NCBI GenBank assembly: GCA_002898395.1
Contig: BEHE01000010.1
Location: 1 to 64,000, forward strand
Direction: 5' to 3'
DNA from: Candidatus Calditenuaceae archaeon HR02
GTDB lineage: Archaea; Thermoproteota; Nitrososphaeria_A; Caldarchaeales; Calditenuaceae
DNA: 64,000 nucleotides
Of this stretch, positions 28,390 through 38,480 are shown piece by piece. The position numbers and the translations under genes are program-made. Every line of letters begins with the position of its first letter. The stretch's first letter is position 1. Under the pieces are notes generated by a model. The model was not told the DNA's origin. It worked only from the letters and a program-made list of their open reading frames with translations, and did no database searches.

Positions 28390-31300
28390 AAGGGCTGGCA
28401 GACGCTGTCCTGGTTATAGGAGGCGGGATAGCGGGGGTTCAGGCATCACTCGACCTAGCCAAGGCCGGTGCCAAGGTCTACCTTGTCGAAAAAAGTCCCG
28501 TGATAGGAGGGCGGATGGCTGCACTAGACAAAAACTTCCCCACCATGGATTGCTCGATCTGTATAGAGGCACCCAAGCTAAGCGAGGTGATGCAGAACAA
28601 AAACATCAAGGTCTTAACGCTGGCGGAGGTCGTTGAAGCTCGAGGCGAGGCTGGAAACTTTCACGTAAAAGTTGTCCAGAAGCCCCGCTTCGTCACTGAT
28701 GAATGTACGAGGTGCGGTGACTGTGTGCCCGCATGCCCAGTCATACTGAAGAACGAGTTTGATGTAGGGATGGGTGCTAGGAAGGCTATATACCTCCCCT
28801 TCGACCAAGCCGAGCCGGGGACGTACGTAATAGACATTGAGAACTGTTTAAACAAGCCGCCCAACTATCTGCCCTGTAACAGATGTGTCGAGGCATGCGG
28901 GCCAAAATGCATAGATTTCGAGATGAAAGAGAAAATCCATGAACTGAATGTGGGCGCAATAATAGTTGCAGCTGGCTCGGACCTCTTCGACGCCTCATTA
29001 ATTCCGGAGCTAGGCTATGGAAGACACCCCGACATCCTCACAGCAATGGAACTCGAAAGACTTCTACAATCGAGTGGCCCCTCAAGGGGCGAGGTCATAA
29101 AGCCCAGCAACCACCGCCACCCAGAAAGAGTAGCGTTCATCCTATGCGTGGGGGCTCGCGACAATAGGTTTTATGGTTTCTGTAGCAGGGTCTGCTGCAT
29201 GTACAGCATCAAGGAGGCGTTGCAGCTTGTTGACCATGGAATCAAAGATGTCACGGTCTTCTACATGGATATAAGAGCTTATGGAAAAGGCTTCGACGAG
29301 ATGTTTGAGAGAGCGAAGAAGAGTGGTGTCAGGTTTATACGAAGCAGGCCTGGAAGAGTTATACCCAATGGTGACCGCATAGAGGTATTCTATGAGGACA
29401 CGACTACTGGAGAGTTAAGGAAAGAAACTTTTGACATGGTTGTCCTTTCAACAGCTCTCGTACCATCAGAAGAGTTAAACAGGTTAGCTAAAACCTTGGG
29501 GATAGAGGTGGGCGAAGATGGCTTCATCAAAGCATATGAAATAGACGGAGACTTCGTCGGGACATCGAGGAGGGGGATATATGTCTGTGGCTGCGCAGCC
29601 GGTCCTAAAGACATTCCTGACAGCGTTACAGAGGCCGGTGCGGCTGCTGCAAAAGCGCTAACCCATCTGACTTCAAGGGTCGTAGAGCCTGAAATCTTCG
29701 AGGAGACCATAGACGCCTCGGGGGAGCCCCGGATCGGTGTATTCATCTGCCATTGTGGCTCCAACATAGCGGGAGTGGTTGATATAAAAACTGCCGTTGA
29801 GCAGTCCAAGAAAATACCCTATGTAGTGCATGTAGAAGACCAGAAATTCTCGTGCTCTGGAGCGGGTACGAAGCATATAGAGAACGTGATAAGGGAGAAG
29901 AGGCTTAACAGGGTTGTTGTGGCGGCCTGCTCGCCGAAGACTCATAGCCCAACCTTCATGAGAGCCTGTGCCAGGGCTGGACTTAACCCATACCTCCTGG
30001 AGATGGCTAACATACGCAACCTTAACTCATGGGTCCACAAAAACCAGCCAGAAGAGGCCACAAGAAAAGCTATAGACCTAATCTCTATGGCGGTTGCTAA
30101 AGTGGTCTTACAAAACCCAATGACCAAGCTATCAACCCCCGTCCTGCAAAAGGTCCTAGTCATAGGAGGGGGTGTGGCTGGGATGACTGCCGCCACTGCC
30201 CTCGCAGAGATGGGATTCGAGACACATCTAGTTGAGAAGGAACATGAGCTGGGCGGTCTCCTCAGATATTTCAGAGAAATTGCTCCATCCGGCATAGATG
30301 CCCAGAGCTTCTTGCAATGGAAGATAAAACAGCTGGAGAAATCAGGTGCCAAGATTCATCTGGGTACAGAGGTAGCCGAGGTAACGGGTTTCGTCGGAAA
30401 CTATCATGTTACACTTTCTAACGGAGAGGAACTCGATGTAGGCGCCATAATATTGGCCACAGGAGGTAAGGTTCACGAGCCAAGCTGGCCCAAAATAGAA
30501 GCCGATAAGCCAAGGGTCGCGACGCTACTCAGATACGAGATAGATGGCGTCCCAGAAGACGCTAGAAACATAGTCTTCATAGGATGTGTGGGTTCAAGAA
30601 ACATGATCAGGGGATGCTCAAGATATTGCTGCCAAACCATCATTTATCATGCCCTCAAGCTTAGGAGAAGTGGCAAGAACGTCTCAGTAATTGTCAAAGA
30701 TGTCAGGACCTATGGGAGGGGGGCTGAGAAGCTGTATAGGAAAGCCTGCGAAGAGGGTGTGAGGTTTATCAGAGTGGAGACAGAGAAGCCAATTGAAGAC
30801 CTTGTTCGAATAGGAGAAGAAGGCATAACAGTACGAGACATCACAATTGGAGAGACACTAAACATACCCGCAGACTACATCGTTCTGGCCACGGCCATAG
30901 ACCCTCCTGCAGAGATAGCGGCGGCCCAGCAGCTCAGAGTCGCCAAGGACTCGGAGGGATTCTTCCTCGAACTCCACCCGAAGCTGGGGCCTGTCGAATC
31001 GATAACACAGGGCGTCTTCCTCGCAGGTATCGCCCAAGGACCCAAAGATGTTGGGGAGAGCATTTCGCAGGGATTGGCCGCCTCAGCAAAGGCAGCCGCA
31101 CTGCTCACATCATCACAGCTTGAGAAAGAGCCCTTAATCCCAATCATAAATCCGCAAAAATGTACAAAATGTATGAGGTGCGCCCAGGTCTGCCCATATG
31201 GTGCGATTAAGGGCGAGCTGAGGAAATGGATAGAGATTATACCGGGCCTCTGCCAGGGATGTGGCGCATGTGTTTCTGAGTGCAATGTTGAAGGAGCTAT

Positions 31301-31772
31301 AACAATGCCAGGATTCACGGATGAGCAATTGATGGCGCAAATAGATGCGGCGTTAGCCGAAAACCCAGAAGAGAAGGCGATAGTTTTCGCATGTAATTGG
31401 TGCAGCTACGCCGGCGCAGACTTGGCCGGCATCCTCAAAATACAGTACCCGCCAACATGCCGGGTTATACGCACAATGTGCTCTGCAAGAGTCTCGCAGA
31501 AGCTTATTCTATACGCATTCAAAAAAGGCGCAGGTGCCGTCTTCGTCACAGGATGCTGGCCACAAGACTGCCACTACAACTATGCCAACCTCAACACAAA
31601 GAGGCGTTACGAACACTGGCTCAAAATAGTACAGGCCAGAAACATAGACCCAAAGAGACTCCAGCTCCACTGGATAAGCGCCGCCGAGGCCAAGAGATTT
31701 GCAGAGAAAATGACAGAGGCCCATGAGGTCGTAATGAGTTTGAAGAAGGATAAGATGCGGGTGGGTGGCTAA
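28386..31772 (+). CDS. hdrA: Large HdrA-like flavo-Fe-S protein with two FAD domains and a fused C-terminal MvhD domain
   Basis: Two VLVIGGG.AG motifs, KNFPTMDCSIC, CSRVCC, RIGVFICHCG, ferredoxin motifs, and a C-terminal FACNWCSYAGAD...MCSARV...GC..DCHY (MvhD). Confidence 0.93.
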   Translation: MKGLADAVLVIGGGIAGVQASLDLAKAGAKVYLVEKSPVIGGRMAALDKNFPTMDCSICIEAPKLSEVMQNKNIKVLTLAEVVEARGEAGNFHVKVVQKPRFVTDECTRCGDCVPACPVILKNEFDVGMGARKAIYLPFDQAEPGTYVIDIENCLNKPPNYLPCNRCVEACGPKCIDFEMKEKIHELNVGAIIVAAGSDLFDASLIPELGYGRHPDILTAMELERLLQSSGPSRGEVIKPSNHRHPERVAFILCVGARDNRFYGFCSRVCCMYSIKEALQLVDHGIKDVTVFYMDIRAYGKGFDEMFERAKKSGVRFIRSRPGRVIPNGDRIEVFYEDTTTGELRKETFDMVVLSTALVPSEELNRLAKTLGIEVGEDGFIKAYEIDGDFVGTSRRGIYVCGCAAGPKDIPDSVTEAGAAAAKALTHLTSRVVEPEIFEETIDASGEPRIGVFICHCGSNIAGVVDIKTAVEQSKKIPYVVHVEDQKFSCSGAGTKHIENVIREKRLNRVVVAACSPKTHSPTFMRACARAGLNPYLLEMANIRNLNSWVHKNQPEEATRKAIDLISMAVAKVVLQNPMTKLSTPVLQKVLVIGGGVAGMTAATALAEMGFETHLVEKEHELGGLLRYFREIAPSGIDAQSFLQWKIKQLEKSGAKIHLGTEVAEVTGFVGNYHVTLSNGEELDVGAIILATGGKVHEPSWPKIEADKPRVATLLRYEIDGVPEDARNIVFIGCVGSRNMIRGCSRYCCQTIIYHALKLRRSGKNVSVIVKDVRTYGRGAEKLYRKACEEGVRFIRVETEKPIEDLVRIGEEGITVRDITIGETLNIPADYIVLATAIDPPAEIAAAQQLRVAKDSEGFFLELHPKLGPVESITQGVFLAGIAQGPKDVGESISQGLAASAKAAALLTSSQLEKEPLIPIINPQKCTKCMRCAQVCPYGAIKGELRKWIEIIPGLCQGCGACVSECNVEGAITMPGFTDEQLMAQIDAALAENPEEKAIVFACNWCSYAGADLAGILKIQYPPTCRVIRTMCSARVSQKLILYAFKKGAGAVFVTGCWPQDCHYNYANLNTKRRYEHWLKIVQARNIDPKRLQLHWISAAEAKRFAEKMTEAHEVVMSLKKDKMRVGG

Positions 31773-32912
31773 ATGTACCGGAGCCTTTCAGAGCTTTTCA
31801 CCGACAGGGTATTGGCCGAAAGCATCACAGCCTGCTTCCAGTGCGGAGCATGCACAGCAGCCTGCCCCCTCAACATCTTCGACGGCCTAAAACTAAGTCC
31901 AAGACAGTTTCTCCGAAGGATGCAACTAGGCCTACCCATAAACATCGAGCCGTATCTCTGCATGATGTGCAAAGCCTGCGAAACAGTCTGTCCGCGAAAT
32001 GTTAAAATCACAAAAATAATTCACGAGCTAAGAAAAATCTGGTTTAGGAACAATAGAGTCCCCACGCCTCTCACTCAAGCGCTCTGGAAGATCTATGAGG
32101 ATGGAAATCCGTGGGGCTACCCGTCACGGACAAGAGGCCAGTGGCTCGATAAGCTAGACGTAAACATATCTAAGAAGAAGGGCGAAACACTCCTCTATGT
32201 CGGATGCATCTCATCTTACGATATACGCCTCCAGGGGATAGCAACTGCTATCGTAAAACTTTTACTTAAAGCGGAGGTTGATTTCACAGTTCTCGGTGAT
32301 GAAGAGAGGTGTTGCGGGGACCCAGTATACCATACGGGCGAAACAGACTTCTTAGAGGAGTTGATCAACGAAAACATAGCCAAATTCAACTCCGTGGGTG
32401 TGAGAAGAATAGTAGCCCTCTCTCCCCACTGCTACATTATGTTCCGGGATATCTATCCCAAGTATGGAGGTGAATATGAAGTCCTTCACTACACAGAGTA
32501 TCTTGCAGAACTCATAGACTCTGGAAAACTATCAATCGATACACGATTAGAAGCTAGAGCAACCTATCATGACCCATGCTATTTAGGTAGATATGCTAAG
32601 ATATACGAGCAGCCGCGAAGACTGGTAGAGAGCGTTAAAGGACTCTCATTTTCGGAGATGAGCCTCTCAAAAGAACTATCACTCTGCTGTGGTGGAGGAG
32701 GGGGACGGATACTGATGGAGTCAAAACCCGAGGAAAGGCCCTCAAACATAAGAGTCAAACAGGCAGTTGAGACGGGGGCAGAAATCCTGCTAACTTCGTG
32801 CCCCTACTGCATAATAAACTTCGAAGACTCCGCAAAGATCCAGAAAGCGCCCCTCAAGGTAATGGATGTTGCAGAGCTTCTACAAGCTGCAGCAGGTGGT
32901 CAAGATGGGTGA
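31773..32912 (+). CDS. HdrD/GlpC-like Fe-S oxidoreductase (2x[4Fe-4S] plus CCG domains)
   Basis: CFQCGACTAACP, CMMCKACETVCP, CCG, YHDPCYLGR, CCGGGGG and CPYC motifs. Confidence 0.92.
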   Translation: MYRSLSELFTDRVLAESITACFQCGACTAACPLNIFDGLKLSPRQFLRRMQLGLPINIEPYLCMMCKACETVCPRNVKITKIIHELRKIWFRNNRVPTPLTQALWKIYEDGNPWGYPSRTRGQWLDKLDVNISKKKGETLLYVGCISSYDIRLQGIATAIVKLLLKAEVDFTVLGDEERCCGDPVYHTGETDFLEELINENIAKFNSVGVRRIVALSPHCYIMFRDIYPKYGGEYEVLHYTEYLAELIDSGKLSIDTRLEARATYHDPCYLGRYAKIYEQPRRLVESVKGLSFSEMSLSKELSLCCGGGGGRILMESKPEERPSNIRVKQAVETGAEILLTSCPYCIINFEDSAKIQKAPLKVMDVAELLQAAAGGQDG

Positions 32913-33876
32913 GATCTGGTCTTTTGTGGAAGTAGGGCCCGAAGGGATCGAAGCCGTGTCACTGGAGATAATCGGTAAAGCGGCTGAGCTTGGGGATCAG
33001 AGCAACATGAGAACAGCTGCAGTCCTAACGGGGTGGGGAATGGAAAAAATTGTCAAAGAAGTCTCAAGATACCCAGTCGATAGGGTGTACTATGTTGAAC
33101 ATGGCGAGTTGGCCTTTTACGATCCGGCGAAACACGCAAATGCCCTACACCAACTGGTTGAAAAGGAGAAACCCGAGATAGTGCTCTTCGGAGCGACATA
33201 TAATGGAGTCGACATAGCCGCTAGGTTGGCCATTAGGGCTGAAGCAGGCCTAATAGCTCATGTGACATACCTCGGCATAGACCCCTCAGACGGAAGGCTC
33301 GTAGGACATGTACCAGGATTCGGTGGAGGCATCGTAGCAGTCTGCAAATGCAGGCCAGGCGTTCTACAGATAGCCACAGTGAGGCCGGGGGTTTTCGAGA
33401 GACCAATCCCAACAGGACATGAGGCGGAGATCCATAGGTTTAGCCCGAAGCTCCACCCAACGAATGGGTGGAGAATCGTCGAGAGACGTGTAGCGAAGGT
33501 GGTGGACATTACGCGGGCTGAAAAAGTCGTCGTGGCGGGCATGGGGACGGGTGGAGAACTCTCCCTCGCTAAGACGCTCGCTCAGAAGTTGGGCGCACAA
33601 CTGGCGGTGACAAGGCCTCTAGCAGACTTGGGGCTCGCTCCCAGAGACGTCCAAGTAGGCTCCACTGGCGTCAGCCTAAGATCCAATATAGCTTTAATCC
33701 TTGGAGTGAGTGGGGCATCACACTTCGTCTCAGGAATACGGGATGTGAAAACAGTAATCTCGATCAATATTGACAGAAATGCGCCAATATTCCAGTTCTC
33801 CGACTACTGTGTAGAGGCCGACCTCTTCAAACTAGTCCCAAAGATTATTGAAGAGTTTGAGAAGGAGGGTGCATAA
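32866..33876 (+). CDS. etfA: Electron transfer flavoprotein alpha subunit
   Basis: ATVRPG, TRP, QVGSTG, GVSGA.HF.SG and INID.NAPIF motifs. The likely start is MGEIW. Confidence 0.94.
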   Translation: MLQSFYKLQQVVKMGEIWSFVEVGPEGIEAVSLEIIGKAAELGDQSNMRTAAVLTGWGMEKIVKEVSRYPVDRVYYVEHGELAFYDPAKHANALHQLVEKEKPEIVLFGATYNGVDIAARLAIRAEAGLIAHVTYLGIDPSDGRLVGHVPGFGGGIVAVCKCRPGVLQIATVRPGVFERPIPTGHEAEIHRFSPKLHPTNGWRIVERRVAKVVDITRAEKVVVAGMGTGGELSLAKTLAQKLGAQLAVTRPLADLGLAPRDVQVGSTGVSLRSNIALILGVSGASHFVSGIRDVKTVISINIDRNAPIFQFSDYCVEADLFKLVPKIIEEFEKEGA

Positions 33877-34659
33877 ATGGAGATAGTAGTGTGTGTTAAG
33901 GTTGTTCCGAAGGTCGAGCAAGTCAGATTGGACCCTATAACCAAAACCGTAGATAGGACATCTGCTGAGAACGAGCTTAACGACGCTGATAAAAACGCCG
34001 TCGAGGCTGCGCTACAACTAAAAGACAGATATGGCAGCAGGGTCACGGTGCTATCAATGGGGCCGCTATTCTTCGAGCCTCTCCTAAAACTGTGTGTGGC
34101 TATGGGTGCTGACGATGCGATACTCCTCTCCGACAAGGCCTTCGCAGGTGCAGACACCTACGCGACATCATACGTCTTAGCCCAGGCCATAAAGAGGCTA
34201 AGACCGGACATAATCCTCTGCGGCGAAAGCACCTCCGACTCAGGGACTGCCCAGGTTCCTCCCCAAATAGCAGAGTGGCTCGGATACCCGAACATCTCCT
34301 ACGTATCACACATCAGCATAGAGGATAGAGTTGTAGTGGCTAAACGCACAGTAAAAGGCGGATACGAAGTAGTGAAAGTACCATTACCTGTAGTTATGTC
34401 GGTAGAGCTAGGAAGCAACACGCCGAGATTCCCTGACTTTAAGAGAAAGAGATGGGCCGAACGAGAATTCAAAATAACCATATGGACCGCTAACGACCTC
34501 GAGCTAGACCTAAACCTCACGGGCAAGACAGGGTCAAAGACAGAAGTAATAGAGCTCCACCCAATAGCACCACCACAGAGGCTGAGAAAGTTTCTAGAGG
34601 GTTCAGAAGAAGAAAAAGCGAGGGCAATCATAAAAATAATCAGAGAGTCAAAAGGCTAA
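33877..34659 (+). CDS. etfB: Electron transfer flavoprotein beta subunit
   Basis: IVVCVKVVP, NDADKNAVEAAL, SMGP and FAGADTYATS motifs. Confidence 0.94.
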   Translation: MEIVVCVKVVPKVEQVRLDPITKTVDRTSAENELNDADKNAVEAALQLKDRYGSRVTVLSMGPLFFEPLLKLCVAMGADDAILLSDKAFAGADTYATSYVLAQAIKRLRPDIILCGESTSDSGTAQVPPQIAEWLGYPNISYVSHISIEDRVVVAKRTVKGGYEVVKVPLPVVMSVELGSNTPRFPDFKRKRWAEREFKITIWTANDLELDLNLTGKTGSKTEVIELHPIAPPQRLRKFLEGSEEEKARAIIKIIRESKG

Positions 34660-35041
34660 TACTTGAAGCATTCCCATCTTCCTCACAGGGATAAGCTTAA
34701 ACCCACCTAAATAATATCCACGTCTGTGCAAAGATACTTGGTCGAGAGATGGTTTCTAAAGTCAGAGGAATATTTTTAGAATTAGACCATGAGAGCATGC
34801 AATAGGGTAACAGTATAATGCGGTCAAAGACTTTCACGAATTAGAAAGTAATTAATTTTTGATTCTATGCTCCATAAAAGGGCTACTTATCCAATAATCA
34901 ATCACGTCCATCAGTATTTATGTCACTCGCTAAGTGTTCGTTAAGAGGCAGGCTGTTATAACAGTTGATCTGCCCACAGTAGTGAGTGTTGCAACCTTTT
35001 GATAAGTTTTATATATGAGAAGATGAGTAGCATTTTCTGCT

Positions 35042-36562
35042 ATGTCCAGTCAAGAAGGAAGGGTCTCTAGGAGGGCGATGCTTGGTACAATCGGCGGTAT
35101 TGTGGGTGGGTTGGCAATAGGTGCTGCAATAGGGTGGGTCACGAAGCCAGAGGTAGTCAGGACAGTGACACAGACTGTAGGAGGTCCAGCTCAGACAGTA
35201 ACTGCGACGGTTGAAAGAACGATAACGCAGTTAGTTACTGCCCCACCAAGAGAGAAAACCAAGGTAAGCGTTATAGCATTCGCCCAGGGTTTTGCTTGGC
35301 CAGAACTATTCGGCTCTGATGGCACGACTGAGACAAACTTGTTAAAGAGATTTGAGGCATCAGAAAACGTAGACGTCACTATTGAGTGGGGCGATGAATG
35401 GGCCGTAAGAGAAAAAGTAGCTGCGGATGTGATGGCTCAGGTGGGTAAGTACGACATAGTCCTGGTAGGAAGCGATGGCGCTGTCCAAGCATACGGGTAT
35501 GCTGGATACCTAGAACCACTTGATGAATATTTCACTAAGTATCCACAAGACTACTTTGACCCAAACGATGTCTATCCATCATTCCTAGACGCCAATAGGA
35601 TAGAGGGGACACTCTACGCCCTTCCATACTACTCATTCGGCCCAGGCGTCATATATAGGCGGGACATATTCGAAAAATATGATGCGGAACTTCCGAAAGA
35701 GAACTGGACTACCGATGATCTAGAAGCAGCTATGGAGAAGATACTTGAAGGACTTAGGGGTGATGGGATTACAGATGTATATCCCCTCACAATGAGAGCA
35801 GGTCCTGGTGAGGAGCCAACACTTGACCTAGCAGGCTTCATCTACGCTTATGCTGGTTATCCAGCTTGGTTTGAAGGAGGCGTGATCTGGCCAGGTGAAA
35901 TAAAGAATAGAAAAGCCAAGCCAATATTTGATTCGTCAGACTTCGAGGCCGGGTTCAGAGCCTTCACAGACTGGGCGAAGCGTTTCGGCCCACCAGGCAT
36001 CTCTACTCATACATGGGTTGACATGATGAATACTTACGCGGTGGGGAAAGCCGCGATTCTGTTGCCATCGGCTATTAATGGTTATGCAGCATTGGGAATA
36101 ACTAAGGATGAAAATGTGAAGAAGAATTCTAAGTTTATGTTGACACCTTTCGGCCCCGGTAAGAAGAGGATAAACAGTTATTGGACCTTTTCGCTAGGTA
36201 TCAACAAATTCTCAAAGAATAAGGAAGCGGCGTGGCGTGTGCTTACCTACTTGACGGGGCGTAAGTCAATGGAAGCATTTGCGGAGAGGACTGGATGGCC
36301 CAATGTAACCATGAGGTCAGTTCTATACTCTTACCCTCTGATAAAGAAGTATGGAATTGAGGAGATTGAGCTTAATGAGCGCTCAATATTGGAGAACCCC
36401 GCAATATATTTCCCTTACATCCCTGAGCTCGACCTATTCATGGATAAGATAGGAACGATGGCCTCAGAGGTAGTAGCGGGGGCAAAGACAGTTGAGTCCG
36501 CGTTATCAGAACTGCAGAAGTGGGCTACCGAGTTAATGACTAGCCGGGGATACTACGGCTAG
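35042..36562 (+). CDS. Sugar ABC transporter substrate-binding protein (Tat-like signal)
   Basis: SRRAML twin-arginine N-terminus, Thr/Val-rich linker, LYALP..YRRD and SKNKEAAW motifs. Confidence 0.9.
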   Translation: MSSQEGRVSRRAMLGTIGGIVGGLAIGAAIGWVTKPEVVRTVTQTVGGPAQTVTATVERTITQLVTAPPREKTKVSVIAFAQGFAWPELFGSDGTTETNLLKRFEASENVDVTIEWGDEWAVREKVAADVMAQVGKYDIVLVGSDGAVQAYGYAGYLEPLDEYFTKYPQDYFDPNDVYPSFLDANRIEGTLYALPYYSFGPGVIYRRDIFEKYDAELPKENWTTDDLEAAMEKILEGLRGDGITDVYPLTMRAGPGEEPTLDLAGFIYAYAGYPAWFEGGVIWPGEIKNRKAKPIFDSSDFEAGFRAFTDWAKRFGPPGISTHTWVDMMNTYAVGKAAILLPSAINGYAALGITKDENVKKNSKFMLTPFGPGKKRINSYWTFSLGINKFSKNKEAAWRVLTYLTGRKSMEAFAERTGWPNVTMRSVLYSYPLIKKYGIEEIELNERSILENPAIYFPYIPELDLFMDKIGTMASEVVAGAKTVESALSELQKWATELMTSRGYYG

Positions 36563-36602
36563 TGGACGTAAAGATATTTAGGTAATTTTTAATTATCCTT
36601 GA

Positions 36603-37466
36603 TTGGTGTTAAGACAATTGAGAGAAGAATACAAGTTACTATTGCCCGCAGTGGGAGTGTTAGCGTTCCTCGTTGCAGCTCCTACATTCTATCTGTTTTA
36701 CACGAGTCTACTAAGATGGTTTCTGAGAGACCCAGCCGGACCAATATTTGTGGGGGTTGAGAACTATATTAGACTAATACAGTCTGCAGACTTCTCAACT
36801 TCACTAATCGTGACTTTAATATTTAGCTCTGCATCAGTAGTCTGTTCTTTGATGCTGGGGCTTGGACTAGCATTATTATTTAGTGAGAATGTACGCGGCA
36901 AAAGAGTTATGAGGACTATCATTGTCTTACCCATCGTTCTCCCACCAGTGGTGGTAGGATTTACATGGAAGTTCCTTCTGAGCAGTGAGGTAGGAGTTAT
37001 AGGTGCATACTTCATACGGCTGATAGGCTTAGGGAACTTTAGCCTCCTTGGTGACCCGCAACTAGCACTGGCATCCGTAATCATTGCAGACATTTGGGGA
37101 AAAACGCCTCTACCATTTCTGATTTTCTTGGCCGGTCTTGCTGGAATACCACCAGTATTTTATGAATCAGCTAAGATAGATGGCGCTGGCGGATGGCAAA
37201 CTTTTCGTTCCATCACACTTCCGAACCTGAAAAAACCATTAGTAGTAGCTGCAATCCTAAGGACAATAGACGCGTTTAACAGCTTCGATGTAATATTTGT
37301 GATGACGAAAGGTGGGCCCGGAATGGCGACGCATACTTTACCAATGCTGGGCTGGAAGATTGGTTTTTATTATTTTGATGTGGGGACAGCCTCTGCTATC
37401 GGAGTGATATTGCTGTTGATTGTCATGTTTCTGAGTATGCCGCTAATTAGGTCCATTAGTAGGTGA
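36603..37466 (+). CDS. Carbohydrate ABC permease (MalF-like)
   Basis: YESAKIDGAGGWQTF EAA loop. Confidence 0.93.
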   Translation: MVLRQLREEYKLLLPAVGVLAFLVAAPTFYLFYTSLLRWFLRDPAGPIFVGVENYIRLIQSADFSTSLIVTLIFSSASVVCSLMLGLGLALLFSENVRGKRVMRTIIVLPIVLPPVVVGFTWKFLLSSEVGVIGAYFIRLIGLGNFSLLGDPQLALASVIIADIWGKTPLPFLIFLAGLAGIPPVFYESAKIDGAGGWQTFRSITLPNLKKPLVVAAILRTIDAFNSFDVIFVMTKGGPGMATHTLPMLGWKIGFYYFDVGTASAIGVILLLIVMFLSMPLIRSISR

Positions 37467-38296
37467 GTGTTATGCGGGGCGACTTAATTAGGTCAATCCT
37501 TTTACATACGTTGGCAATTATAGCGTGCATATTAATTGTTTTTCCGATAGCCTGGCTAGTAATCTCTTCATTTAAGACTATGTATCAAATATTCCAGATT
37601 CCGCCTCCACTGATATTTGAGCCCACGCTCGATAATTATCGAAGACTCTTTTTTGGTGGACAGCTAATGAACGCATTCTTCAATAGCTTAATTATCTCAG
37701 CCATAACAGTAATAGTATCGTTAGTTTTAGCGATTCCCGCCTCATATTCCTTATCAAGGCTGAATAATGCTGTAGGAAGGAATATAGGATTTTGGATCCT
37801 CTCAGTACGGATGGCCCCCTCATTTGCAGTAATAGTCCCATACTTTATAATCATGTACCACTTAAAGCTCATCGATACAATATGGGCTGTCGCAGTCACA
37901 TATCTAGTCTTCGCTATACCCTTCTCCACGTGGTTGCTAAAAATCACCTTTGAAGAGCTTCCGAGGGAGCTCGAGGAATCGGCCCTCGTAGACGGAGCTA
38001 CAAAGGCAGCGGCGCTTATGAGAATTATTCTTCCAAACGCCGTACCAATGATAGCTTCAGTAAGCATACTTACATTTGTACTCGCATGGAACGAATTCCT
38101 GATGGCATTTATCTTAACTTCAAGGGACGCGAGGACAGTTCCTGTACTAATAACAGCGCTATCAGGAACACATAAACTAGATTGGCCAATAATGGCCGCT
38201 ATAACTACCATTTCAATGATACCTGCATTCATATTCATAACATTCGTGCAAAGATATTTGGTTAAGGGCCTTACGATGGGTTCGCTGAAGTCATAA
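37463..38296 (+). CDS. Carbohydrate ABC permease (MalG-like)
   Basis: PRELEESALVDGA and AWNEF motifs. Confidence 0.93.
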   Translation: MSVMRGDLIRSILLHTLAIIACILIVFPIAWLVISSFKTMYQIFQIPPPLIFEPTLDNYRRLFFGGQLMNAFFNSLIISAITVIVSLVLAIPASYSLSRLNNAVGRNIGFWILSVRMAPSFAVIVPYFIIMYHLKLIDTIWAVAVTYLVFAIPFSTWLLKITFEELPRELEESALVDGATKAAALMRIILPNAVPMIASVSILTFVLAWNEFLMAFILTSRDARTVPVLITALSGTHKLDWPIMAAITTISMIPAFIFITFVQRYLVKGLTMGSLKS

Positions 38297-38480
38297 CCAT
38301 ACTGGAATAATACCTCATGTTATGTCCAATCAGGGGATGCTTACGTAGCCTGAAATAATAAATGAGGTGGGTTGCTAGATGATATTAGTGTGAGATTGCC
38401 GCAATTAATTTTACCGCACTATTATGTGGTTATTGTCCTACACTTTTTGCTAAACTTTCTTGCCTTTATATATTGGGTAA

